In this document: positions 10,139-19,231 of the stretch, in pieces
Position numbering within the stretch: the first letter of the stretch is position 1
Layout: each line of letters begins with the position of its first letter
The notes under the pieces: model-generated
Seen by the model: only the letters and a program-made list of their open reading frames with translations
Databases searched by the model: none
Told to the model about the DNA's origin: nothing
Position numbers and translations under genes: made by a program
Virus record (IMG/VR): IMGVR_UViG_3300045988_048622
Coordinates: 101,990 to 165,989 of that record
From: a virus
DNA: 64,000 bases
Reading direction: 5' to 3' (one strand)

Positions 10139-11624
10139 CTTCGAACACAGTCTCTAAGCAGCCTCCGCTTTCTACCTCAGGAGTTACCTGGTCTTCAGCA
10201 TAGTAAACGCCATTAACGTCCTGATAGACAGCAATTAGACCTTTAAGAGAATTTTTAGTTCCATCATCTGTTTTAGGATGTTTGAATATTTCTTTCAATT
10301 CTCCATTAATTACACAAGCAGTAGCCTTAATTGCAAATCCTAAGCTATCTCTACTTGCATACTGATATGAAAATGAACCTACTCCTAGAACAAGATTGCA
10401 AGCTGCCATATGAGCATTCTCAAGTCTCATGTAGATTTGTTTCTGACGTTCTAGTGTAATAGAATCGCCATATAACAAGCCTATTTTTGTACTAGGATAA
10501 CGATAATCCCTAGAAGTAGTATTCCATCCAAAAATCTTACCAAGCATATAATAAGCACCGTAGTATTGACCTTCTGAAACTTCTACATACTCAGCATCAT
10601 CGTTAAATGGAGCGTAGCAACAATAATACTTACCCTCTTTCATTCTAGTATGGAAGTGAGGATTAGTTCTTAAACCACAAATAATATCAACAGGGTCTCC
10701 GCTATCTGGACGAATAACTACACGTCCATCACGAGCCATAATATCCTTCTTTAATTTGGGAAGGAAGTTTTCAATAACATTCCAGAAGTCCCAAGTATCA
10801 GAAACTATAGAAACGAACCCAGATGGATACAATTCGTTAATTAATCGCTTAAAGGTTTGAAGTTCATCCTCTTCTCCACCAGCACACATTACAGAATGTT
10901 CTGTAGCTGGAACAGTAGCAGCAATTAATTCATTGTCAGAATTTGCACCATAATATTCTTCTAGAGCAGCAATAGCTGGAATGGTCTCACTCCCAACGAA
11001 CGAGGTCATATGTGCCATGCCAGAAATGATAGCAGCCTCTAAACCAGCCATTCCTCTCATAGAGAAGTCATGACACAAGAAATCCAGATTTACATCTTCT
11101 GGAAATCCAGTATGTACTGCGTGTCTTTTAAGTTCCTTCTTATAGAGTCTTGCTCTAGTAGCAGAAGTGCAAGGCATCCACAGAGTACAACTAATTAAAG
11201 TCTCTAAATAATTAGTTAACCAGAAGAACTCTGACTTTGTATTAGTAATAGTCATCATGGGAACTCTGATAGGGCATACTGAACCTTCTGGCAACGCTTT
11301 AATGCGAATGGGAAGATAACCTAAATCATACAAGGCTTCAATATGTTTATATCCTACGGACTCAATTCCCACGAAGTTATGAACTCTTCGATAAAACATT
11401 TCTACAGCTTTCTCTTTGGGCAATCCAAAGAAATTCTTGTTAAATTCGTCAATCAAATACCTTTTAATTAAGTACTGGATTCCGAATACTACAGAACCTT
11501 CAGTGGCTTCTGGAAAGTATTTGTTACTTCTTGGAGTCCAATTACTGTAAACTTGTTCAGTACCTTCTGGGTACATTCTGTGGTGGCCCAATTTATAGCC
11601 ATCTGTTGCATTAATTATTTCCAT
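10062..11624 (-). CDS. nicotinamide phosphoribosyltransferase homolog (NAMPT/NadV-like; Namat candidate)
   Basis: Matches NAMPT along its length: ATDGYKLGHH, ALPEGSV, FWLTNYLET, HDFSMRG, VPATEHSVM, VSIVSDTWDFWN, IRPDSGDP. Confidence 0.75.
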   Translation of the reverse strand: MEIINATDGYKLGHHRMYPEGTEQVYSNWTPRSNKYFPEATEGSVVFGIQYLIKRYLIDEFNKNFFGLPKEKAVEMFYRRVHNFVGIESVGYKHIEALYDLGYLPIRIKALPEGSVCPIRVPMMTITNTKSEFFWLTNYLETLISCTLWMPCTSATRARLYKKELKRHAVHTGFPEDVNLDFLCHDFSMRGMAGLEAAIISGMAHMTSFVGSETIPAIAALEEYYGANSDNELIAATVPATEHSVMCAGGEEDELQTFKRLINELYPSGFVSIVSDTWDFWNVIENFLPKLKKDIMARDGRVVIRPDSGDPVDIICGLRTNPHFHTRMKEGKYYCCYAPFNDDAEYVEVSEGQYYGAYYMLGKIFGWNTTSRDYRYPSTKIGLLYGDSITLERQKQIYMRLENAHMAACNLVLGVGSFSYQYASRDSLGFAIKATACVINGELKEIFKHPKTDDGTKNSLKGLIAVYQDVNGVYYAEDQVTPEVESGGCLETVFEDGVLKKEYTLKEIRQRINEGLYGKF

Positions 11625-11637
11625 TCTAAAAATTATT

Positions 11638-12162
11638 TTAATAACTAATTGTTAATAAACTTTTCATGTCTTTACCACTAGCTAAATTCTTAAAACACTG
11701 AGTGATAAATTCCTTCGTTTCTGGGTGGATAGCCCTAGGAGAACTTATATACTTAATCCACCAGTTATATTCTCCTTGAAAACTATTACCATTGTATACT
11801 TTGCCGGCAGCTAGATAATCGCATACCAATTCCAGAGCATACTCTTTAGGCATCTTCACTGGAACGCCTCCAATGTCTAGCTTAGTTACCCAGTACTCGT
11901 AATGATGTGGATTTCTTCCTCTGTGATGTAAATAAGACCTAGAATATCCTAGAATTTCTTTTTCCTTGTTTAAGGGAGATGTGTTATCATCGTAAAATTT
12001 TACAGAACGAGAGAACTCATACCATCCGAATTTAGATAAGTCGTGCAAGATACCCTGTTTGTATAGACCTAACTGAAAACAGTAATAAGCTACCCAAAAC
12101 TTATGTCTAAGTATTCGCCTAAGATGTTTCAGTGTTATACACATACATTTAAGAATTTCCAT
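11638..12162 (-). CDS. hypothetical protein with HD-like His/Asp motifs
   Basis: Contains LHDLSKF and HHRGRNPHH; adjacent to the NAD module. Confidence 0.3.
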   Translation of the reverse strand: MEILKCMCITLKHLRRILRHKFWVAYYCFQLGLYKQGILHDLSKFGWYEFSRSVKFYDDNTSPLNKEKEILGYSRSYLHHRGRNPHHYEYWVTKLDIGGVPVKMPKEYALELVCDYLAAGKVYNGNSFQGEYNWWIKYISSPRAIHPETKEFITQCFKNLASGKDMKSLLTISY

Positions 12163-12485
12163 ATCTTCTTCACTATTCTAGTTAGAAAATTATTTCCTCT
12201 TAGATTGAACTTATGTGTATATCCAGACAACTTGTCTGGATTCCACACAGCATGAACTATATAGAATAAATATCCTACTGTGTATAGCATAATGTTCAGT
12301 ACTGGGATAAATCCTAGGATTAGTATTACTAAAACTAGCCACACTGGAACTTTAAGGTCATAGTCTTCTTCTTCTATAAGTGCCACACTTCTGCTATACC
12401 CATTGTAATAAACGGTTACATGGGTATCTTTCAAGATAAGCACCGTGATGATTACCATCACAGTGCATATTACTAGATACATCAT
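12135..12485 (-). CDS. small multi-pass membrane protein
   Basis: Hydrophobic helices; directly upstream of an SPFH lipoprotein gene. Confidence 0.4.
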   Translation of the reverse strand: MMYLVICTVMVIITVLILKDTHVTVYYNGYSRSVALIEEEDYDLKVPVWLVLVILILGFIPVLNIMLYTVGYLFYIVHAVWNPDKLSGYTHKFNLRGNNFLTRIVKKIWKFLNVCV

Positions 12486-13309
12486 TTGTTATTAGCTACG
12501 TCTTTAAATAAGGTGGGAACCTGACCATAAGTAGGAAGTTTTCCATCCCACTTCTTAATCATATCCTGCTGAACTATGAGAACTGACAAAGATGCTGAAA
12601 TCTTTCTATTATATTCAGCTTCTGCATCACCCTTAATCTTAAGAGCTTCTGCCTCTCCTTGTGCAGCTGCTACTTTCTTTTTAGCTTCTGCCTCAATAGT
12701 CTTAACTTCATTCTCTGCCTTCAAAGCTTGTTGAATTGCAGCATTCTTAGCATCAATAGAATTGACTAGCGTCTGTGGATATTGAAGACCAGAAGTCATT
12801 TGTTCAAGCTGAAAATTCTCAGCCAAGAGTTCCTTTGACAGTCTATCTTCTATAGACTTCTCAAACTCCTCACGTTTACTTACTAGTTCATCAGTAGTAT
12901 AGTTATTCAGCTGAATGCGAAAAGCATTCTTTACGTAATTATACAAAGTAGTGTTAATTACCTCTACAATATCTTCCTTTCTATACTTCTTAAATACTTC
13001 TGGTGATTTCCCGTCAACAATCTTCAAAGAAATTGTAGGGTCTACAGTAAATGATGATCCATCTTTAGCATTAATACTGAAAGGAGGATAGTCCACAGTC
13101 TGTACGAATGTAGGATATTCATATACAGCCGTAGTAACAGGATTGTACCATACCGCACCAGTAACAAGAGACACATCGTCTACTCCTTTACCATCTCCGT
13201 ATAGATTTACCTTGATGCCTTCATAACCAGCATCAATTCTCTCATAGCCACAACTAGATAAGCCAAACACTAAAGTTAATACACACAAAATCTTAATAAT
13301 TGTCTTCAT
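12482..13309 (-). CDS. SPFH/band-7 (HflC-like) lipoprotein
   Basis: Lipoprotein signal peptide with lipobox (VFGLSSCG) followed by a band-7-like domain and a coiled-coil tail (AQGEAEALKIKGDAEAEYNRKI). Confidence 0.55.
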   Translation of the reverse strand: MKTIIKILCVLTLVFGLSSCGYERIDAGYEGIKVNLYGDGKGVDDVSLVTGAVWYNPVTTAVYEYPTFVQTVDYPPFSINAKDGSSFTVDPTISLKIVDGKSPEVFKKYRKEDIVEVINTTLYNYVKNAFRIQLNNYTTDELVSKREEFEKSIEDRLSKELLAENFQLEQMTSGLQYPQTLVNSIDAKNAAIQQALKAENEVKTIEAEAKKKVAAAQGEAEALKIKGDAEAEYNRKISASLSVLIVQQDMIKKWDGKLPTYGQVPTLFKDVANNK

Positions 13310-13505
13310 TTTCCTTATTTAAGTAATGTTTCTTAATATATTTGAATATCCTATAAACTAAACTTGGGATTGCCACTAGTAATAGTAACAACCCCAAGAT
13401 ATTTGCAGCATACAATGATTCGGATAATAACCATAAGCTGATGTTGTAAATTACAACGATTAATAGAACGGCAACAAATGCCTTAATTAAGTTTTTCTCG
13501 ACCAT
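13293..13505 (-). CDS. small membrane protein
   Basis: 70 aa with two transmembrane helices; downstream partner of the SPFH gene. Confidence 0.35.
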   Translation of the reverse strand: MVEKNLIKAFVAVLLIVVIYNISLWLLSESLYAANILGLLLLLVAIPSLVYRIFKYIKKHYLNKENEDNY

Positions 13506-13746
13506 AGAATAATATATTCTCTATTGCCGCTTTTATTATACCATAGTAGTACATTATCCTCTGTAATATCTACATACGGGTCATAATAAATATACGCGGC
13601 AAACATTATGCACACAATTATAAACGCAATCATGATTTATCGAGTTTTAATAGACCCAGGTCTGGTAGTTGCAGCCTGAAAGTCTTTTCCTTGTTTATCC
13701 CACCATGCTTGCTTTGCTTTTAACCAAGCTACTTTTTTCTTATACT

Positions 13747-14763
13747 TCATTGTTCGGAAATTATTACGATACGATTAAATTCATTATCTCCAAATTCAGT
13801 GGTAATTCCGCATCCCTTAACAACCAATTTATCCTCTGGAGCACCATAGCTAATCAGAGCCTTCTTCATAGATTCTGCCCTAGCTACAGCAAGGTTATTA
13901 TTAAACTCTTCTGGACCTTCTTCCGAAGCATATCCCTCAATCACATAAGTTTTTCCACTATTAGAAATATAGGAAGCTAGTTCTGAGACAGCCACATTGG
14001 AAGTTTTAGAAATCTCTGAAGAATTTTGAAGGAATTGAATTTTTGGAGTCAAAAGCTCTACTTTAGTAATTTCGATTGTGTCCGTCTTAACAATTTCTAT
14101 TGGTTTACGAGCCATAAGTTCCTCATTCTTGGCTCTCAACTCATTAATAGAAGCGTTTAGGCTTTCAACCTCGGCATCACTATACAACTTCATAATTGGA
14201 AAGTCCCCTTTGCTAGACTTAAAGCGATAGGTAGCACCAATATAGACGTTAAACTCATGATTCAGAGGAGAAGTCTTGGGAAGTAACATATACTCAGGAG
14301 TAACATTTAATGCCCATCTATTAGAGATATTAAAGTTACATCTAACGGCTCCACGGGCGGATACATTATTATAGACATCTCCATAAGTATGATACCAACC
14401 AGCACCAACGATTAGTATAGGCTCAAACAGACGCCTATCTCCGTTATATCCACATATCAGGTTAGTAAGATTGGTAGTAACGTTAGCTGTCAAATTATGT
14501 GAATCAAAGAATGTTTTATTTCCTTGGTTCATTCCAGCCATCATGTCTAACTCCAAGCCAAAGATAGGAGTAATCTCCTTACCAATAGCAATGTTTACTA
14601 GTACATCATTTGGTTCTGCCCAACTTCTATGGTTATCCCAAATAGTAGTTCCAACATTACCAGAAATATACCAGTTATCCTTCATACTTCCAGTCTCAAC
14701 AACTTGTGCGCTAGCAAATGCACACATCAAACACAAACAAATAATACTAAAAATTCTCTTCAT
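13747..14763 (-). CDS. OmpA-family outer-membrane protein (beta-barrel plus OmpA_C peptidoglycan-binding domain)
   Basis: Signal peptide, aromatic-rich beta-strand N-domain, and C-terminal OmpA-like motif NNNLAVARAESMKKALISYG. Confidence 0.55.
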   Translation of the reverse strand: MKRIFSIICLCLMCAFASAQVVETGSMKDNWYISGNVGTTIWDNHRSWAEPNDVLVNIAIGKEITPIFGLELDMMAGMNQGNKTFFDSHNLTANVTTNLTNLICGYNGDRRLFEPILIVGAGWYHTYGDVYNNVSARGAVRCNFNISNRWALNVTPEYMLLPKTSPLNHEFNVYIGATYRFKSSKGDFPIMKLYSDAEVESLNASINELRAKNEELMARKPIEIVKTDTIEITKVELLTPKIQFLQNSSEISKTSNVAVSELASYISNSGKTYVIEGYASEEGPEEFNNNLAVARAESMKKALISYGAPEDKLVVKGCGITTEFGDNEFNRIVIISEQ

Positions 14764-14779
14764 AATTAAATTAGTTAAA

Positions 14780-15214
14780 TTAATCCCACCAAGTTCTCAT
14801 ACGTTCAAACCTAAGTTTATTGTACAAGTACCAGGCTTTTTCTCTTCTCAAATGGTCTTGAAGAATAGGTTTACTCAAATCAAGATCAGCAGCTTTAGGC
14901 CAGAATCGTTTCCAGTTCTTAATGTTTATGTGCCTATCTACGAATCCTTCAGACCCAGGTCTGAAATCACAATGATAGGCAGAATCTATCTCTAGAACAA
15001 TATCTAAAAGTCCTAGTGCGAGTTTTAGATTCTTTTCAACAACTTCGTTACCTTCAGCAATTCTAGATACTTTGAAGTATTCATACATTCTAATTAAAGC
15101 TTGTTTCTCTAGGGAGAGAACAAAACCATAATCAAACGGATAGAACTTCATAGCCTCTTTAATGAGTCTCTTGTTTTTGTTCTTTCTTAGTTTCATATTC
15201 TTGACTTGCTTCAA
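14780..15214 (-). CDS. hypothetical protein
   Basis: 144-aa ORF. Confidence 0.35.
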   Translation of the reverse strand: MKQVKNMKLRKNKNKRLIKEAMKFYPFDYGFVLSLEKQALIRMYEYFKVSRIAEGNEVVEKNLKLALGLLDIVLEIDSAYHCDFRPGSEGFVDRHINIKNWKRFWPKAADLDLSKPILQDHLRREKAWYLYNKLRFERMRTWWD

Positions 15215-15620
15215 CTGCTAATTTATCTGCTAAATTGTTCATTTCAGAAAAGAAATCGGAATTTGAAGTGTGTCCCTTAACCCAACAAAATTTTATGTCA
15301 GGACAAAACTGGCTTGCCTTAGCAAAAACTTTGTCATATAAGTTCCACAACTCTACATTCTTTTTTCTTTTCCATCCTTTTGTAGCACATCCTATTACAT
15401 ACTGAGAATCTGAATAGATGGTAAGAGATTCTATCTTACGACTTACTGCATTGAGAGCATATATTACAGCTAACAACTCACATTTGTTGTTAGTAGTATT
15501 TGGAATCATCTTGCTAAATTCATAGGATTTTTTCCCATCAATTACGAATACAACTCCTACTCCTCCTGTATTTCTAGATGAACTAAAAGCTCCGTCAGTA
15601 AAGACCTCTAAATTACTCAT
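15159..15620 (-). CDS. rnhA: ribonuclease HI
   Basis: RNase H catalytic motifs FTDGA, CELLAV, YSDSQYV, and GHTSN...NNLADKLA. Confidence 0.8.
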   Translation of the reverse strand: MSNLEVFTDGAFSSSRNTGGVGVVFVIDGKKSYEFSKMIPNTTNNKCELLAVIYALNAVSRKIESLTIYSDSQYVIGCATKGWKRKKNVELWNLYDKVFAKASQFCPDIKFCWVKGHTSNSDFFSEMNNLADKLAVEASQEYETKKEQKQETH

Positions 15621-16008
15621 TCTGAGTATTAGTCCTGAGATTAGTTCCTAGTAGTATTGCTATCTTTAGCAGGTCGTCTTGGTTATCACAAAATATATTA
15701 TCTAAAATATAGTTTGCGTAATCACTTATTCTAACTCTCTTTCCTACAGCTCCATACTTCCCATTAAGCCACTTAATTTGTGGAATAAAGTCTTCCAAAT
15801 TATCTCCAAGATGCCTCAAGGCTTTTCTAATAGAGACTGGAAACCACATTTTTTCTTTTATCCAATCTAAGTGACAATAACCAAAAGCAAAAGCTCTACT
15901 CAAATCCTTCTGAATGAATTCATCTAGCTCGAAATTTCTCTCATGCCTTCCTAATTCCTCAAAATCATCTTTTAAATCTAAACAGAACACTTCATTGAAC
16001 TCAATCAT
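15613..16008 (-). CDS. hypothetical protein
   Basis: 131-aa ORF. Confidence 0.35.
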   Translation of the reverse strand: MIEFNEVFCLDLKDDFEELGRHERNFELDEFIQKDLSRAFAFGYCHLDWIKEKMWFPVSIRKALRHLGDNLEDFIPQIKWLNGKYGAVGKRVRISDYANYILDNIFCDNQDDLLKIAILLGTNLRTNTQNE

Positions 16009-16390
16009 CGCTCCAAGATTCTATAACACCAATCAACTCTAGCATACCATATCTACACATAGCCTTAAATGGCCCAGTAGATATAGAAACAAATGTTGAT
16101 TTACTGTTTCTATAATTTCTTATTACTTGCGTAAGTAAGTCTCTAGCTAGTGCTCTTAGGTCAGAAATAGATGGAGCTCTGTACTCTCCAGGACTTATAT
16201 ACATCCTCCAAGGAGACTTTCCTACACATTTCCCATCATCGTCATATGTTCTATGACTCTTGTCCCAACTCATATATTCTAGAACCTTATCAAAGTCAAA
16301 GTTCTTCATGATGTAGTCACACTGAACATCAAGAGGTGGGGCATCACTAAAATTTCTTGTCTTCTTTACTTTCATTTTTATAACATTCAA
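16001..16390 (-). CDS. hypothetical protein
   Basis: 129-aa ORF. Confidence 0.35.
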   Translation of the reverse strand: MNVIKMKVKKTRNFSDAPPLDVQCDYIMKNFDFDKVLEYMSWDKSHRTYDDDGKCVGKSPWRMYISPGEYRAPSISDLRALARDLLTQVIRNYRNSKSTFVSISTGPFKAMCRYGMLELIGVIESWSDD

Positions 16391-16661
16391 CGAGGCGTTG
16401 CAGATTGGGAAGTTTGTCAGATCTCACACTGACAATTAAACCTCCTTTCCGCAGATTGTAACTCAATTTGATTCCGCAATGATTAAGAATTTCGATAAAC
16501 TCTTTCAATGCGTTACCTTTCAATACATTTCTATAGACTAGCTTCTGACCATCTTGATAACCTTCACGGTAGTATTCATTCGCAACATCGGAAATAAGCC
16601 ATCGTCTAATGGGTGAAACCTTTTCTAGGAGTTCACTAACTCTAGTTGCGATGAAATCCAT
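16347..16661 (-). CDS. hypothetical protein
   Basis: 104-aa ORF. Confidence 0.35.
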   Translation of the reverse strand: MDFIATRVSELLEKVSPIRRWLISDVANEYYREGYQDGQKLVYRNVLKGNALKEFIEILNHCGIKLSYNLRKGGLIVSVRSDKLPNLQRLVECYKNESKEDKKF

Positions 16662-16663
16662 AC

Positions 16664-16828
16664 TTACTGAATACTATCGTTAGATACTATAGAATCGACA
16701 GCAGTTGTGTCTACAACATTTTCAACGACTACAACAGAGTCTTCTGCAACTACAGTTGCCGGTTGAGTCTTGTGTGTGCAAGCTGACATAGCAGCAACTA
16801 ACACAAAAAGCAATAGTAACTTCTTCAT
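16664..16828 (-). CDS. small lipoprotein (54 aa)
   Basis: Hand-translated as MKKLLLLFVLVAAMSACTHK..., a signal peptide with a lipobox-like AMSAC; below the ORF-track length cutoff. Confidence 0.35.
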   Translation of the reverse strand: MKKLLLLFVLVAAMSACTHKTQPATVVAEDSVVVVENVVDTTAVDSIVSNDSIQ

Positions 16829-16859
16829 TTTCAATAATTTTAATTAGTTAAACATTTTA

Positions 16860-17290
16860 TCTATCAAAAAAAAGAGTGGTTCCAGTATCTGTGCTTCACC
16901 AGATACTTTCCCCACTCCTATCACTCCGAAGAGCTTGTACCATTATTAGGTTGGTCAACCTCCCTCTTCATCTTGTTGAGAATTTGGGATAATAGTCACC
17001 AAGTTTAAAGATTACTTGTAACTGAAGCAAAAGGCTAGAATCCCGAGGGGATTCCGTAACTCCTTCAACACATGGTTGACGAGCTATGTAGGAAGCTAAC
17101 GCGCAGGCAAAGATGAAGCCGTAGTCAAAGACCTAGCTACACTAACAAAGACTAAGACAAAGACTCTCAATTAGAGAGTAGGTTGTAAATTTTTGTGTAG
17201 CCAGCGAATAAAGATTAAATCCATGCGGATTTAAGAATATACTGTTCATAATTATTCCTGTTAAGTATGTTATGTTAGCTTCCTACGGAA
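16860..17290 (-). ncRNA. candidate structured non-coding RNA
   Basis: About 430 nt with no ORF and raised GC; a 13-nt segment gtaggaagctaac (about 17090) pairs with gttagcttcctac (about 17273), plus local GC hairpins. Confidence 0.25.
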
Positions 17291-17299
17291 GTCCTCTAA

Positions 17300-18211
17300 T
17301 TACTTAGAGGAAGAGTCGCCTTGTCTCCTAATCTCTTCGAAAATATCTAAAAGATTCTTAGGCAAAGCGATTTTTAGTTTGGAAATACGTTCCATTTCAG
17401 AAGTTTTCCAACTATTGAAACGACTTCTCAACTCTCCTAATTCGGAGGTATATTTGTCGTATTTTGCTTTAAATTCAGCCATTTTCTCACGATACTCTTG
17501 TTCTTGAGTGTTAGAAAGTTTATTAACCTCCTCCTTAAGCTCAGCTTTAAGAGCATTTAACTCCTTCTCGTAAGAACGATAGGTGTCTTGAAGAGACATG
17601 AACATATTGTCCACTTTTTCTATTTCGATGGTAGGGTCTTGGTAGTAGAGAATTAAATCTCTTCCAGAGCCTTCCTTATAGATAGGACAATTCTCAGCTG
17701 CATGAACTTCTTTTCGTGCTTTACTAAAGGCTCCTTTTGGATGAATATACTTTCCATAGGTAGAAGCAAACGCCTCTAATCTTAGGAATTTATTTCTCTT
17801 GTTAATATCCCACGACTTTATGATAGTCTCTTCAGTCGGAGAAGGTAGAGCTTCTGGATACTTAGGCTGCTCTGGCAGTCCTATTCCCTGACTTTCTGCC
17901 CAATCATCAAGCATAGTAGCAGATACTTTGCCAATCATTCCTTCTTTCTCTTTAATAGCTTCTCGTACCCAAGCACAAAAACTATTCATGGCAGCGACCT
18001 TTTCCAAATCATCTTTTATAAAGTCAAGGGACTTTTGTCCTACTGTCATTAACTGCTTTTCTCCTCCACCGATAGAGGCTACAGATACTTGAAAGAATTT
18101 CACATTATTCAAGCGTTCCTGTGCTGCTTGAATCATTTCTTGTGCGATGTTCGCATAGAAGTTTGCTGACGTAGAAGTCAACCCTTCATTTCCAAAAAAT
18201 ACACTGTTCAT
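17300..18211 (-). CDS. hypothetical protein with C-terminal coiled coil
   Basis: 303-aa ORF. Confidence 0.4.
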   Translation of the reverse strand: MNSVFFGNEGLTSTSANFYANIAQEMIQAAQERLNNVKFFQVSVASIGGGEKQLMTVGQKSLDFIKDDLEKVAAMNSFCAWVREAIKEKEGMIGKVSATMLDDWAESQGIGLPEQPKYPEALPSPTEETIIKSWDINKRNKFLRLEAFASTYGKYIHPKGAFSKARKEVHAAENCPIYKEGSGRDLILYYQDPTIEIEKVDNMFMSLQDTYRSYEKELNALKAELKEEVNKLSNTQEQEYREKMAEFKAKYDKYTSELGELRSRFNSWKTSEMERISKLKIALPKNLLDIFEEIRRQGDSSSK

Positions 18212-18402
18212 ATTAGTTACGTTTTGTTAGTTTATCCACAACATTAATTATTGATTCTTCTCCTGCTATAAATCCATCACGATGAACATTTCTAAGTAAA
18301 CTCTTCAGAGATTCTAATTCTTCATCTGACTTTAGAGTATTTTTTCTATATATTTCAATAAGTTCTTCTATATATCTTTCCATATTATTGATATTAAATT
18401 AG

Positions 18403-18488
18403 TACCCGAAGTGGGACTCGAACCCACACGCCCATTACTGGGCATCAGGGCTTAAATCTGACGTGTCTACCAATTCCACCATTCGGGC
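18403..18488 (-). tRNA. tRNA-Leu (anticodon TAA), type II
   Basis: Hand-folded cloverleaf: acceptor GCCCGAA/TTCGGGT, anticodon loop TTTAAGC, long variable arm, T-loop GGTTCGAGTCC. Confidence 0.7.
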
Positions 18489-18574
18489 ATAGTGATTAGC
18501 TATACTCACGTACCGCTAATCAACTTACTATAATAACAGTACAAGTGTTAAATTCAAAGTTAAAAACCGTTAAC

Positions 18575-18889
18575 TTATTTAAACTGCAAACAAATGTTAA
18601 TAAATTTATCGACATCAGTTCCGCAATCTACATAATTCGGAGTGTTAGCTTCGAAGTATTTGAGAACGGCCTCTGTTCCAAAAAGTCCTATCTCTTCGAA
18701 GTCATACCCCTCACCGTGAATATCCGATGTAGGCATATTTGGTCTGAATACTAACCAGGCTGTACCAGGAAATTCACAACACGTACAAACAGTCAATCCA
18801 CTTTCTCTTAGTTTATCTAAGATTTGTGGACTAACTGTTTTCAATACGACACAATTATCCGAGTTCTGCAAGTCGTTGTCTGATTTCAT
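18575..18889 (-). CDS. hypothetical protein
   Basis: 104-aa ORF. Confidence 0.3.
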   Translation of the reverse strand: MKSDNDLQNSDNCVVLKTVSPQILDKLRESGLTVCTCCEFPGTAWLVFRPNMPTSDIHGEGYDFEEIGLFGTEAVLKYFEANTPNYVDCGTDVDKFINICLQFK

Positions 18890-19229
18890 CTTCGGACATA
18901 CTTTCCATTTTCTCGGACTGTTTCTTAGCCAGCAGTTCAGTCAGGCGTGCCTTCTCAGCTGCCTTATCTTTAGCTGCTTCTCTAGCGGCCTTGTCTTTCA
19001 GCTTATCAGTGATAACATCTTTCACAATATTGAACTTTAACTCCAGTTCGCTATTGCTAGGAGTATCATTAGTTATGAAAGATTTTCTAGGACTCTTGGC
19101 TAATTCCTCGTCATAGGACACTGCCAGTCTGTCCAATGCAGGCAGACTTAAGTCCCACAAATCTTCCACACTCAAATTACCTTTACTAGTTGCAAAGCGC
19201 AACTTCATTTTAGACGCTTGTTTGTACAT
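18855..19229 (-). CDS. hypothetical coiled-coil protein
   Basis: 124-aa ORF. Confidence 0.3.
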   Translation of the reverse strand: MYKQASKMKLRFATSKGNLSVEDLWDLSLPALDRLAVSYDEELAKSPRKSFITNDTPSNSELELKFNIVKDVITDKLKDKAAREAAKDKAAEKARLTELLAKKQSEKMESMSEDEIRQRLAELG

Positions 19230-19231
19230 AA

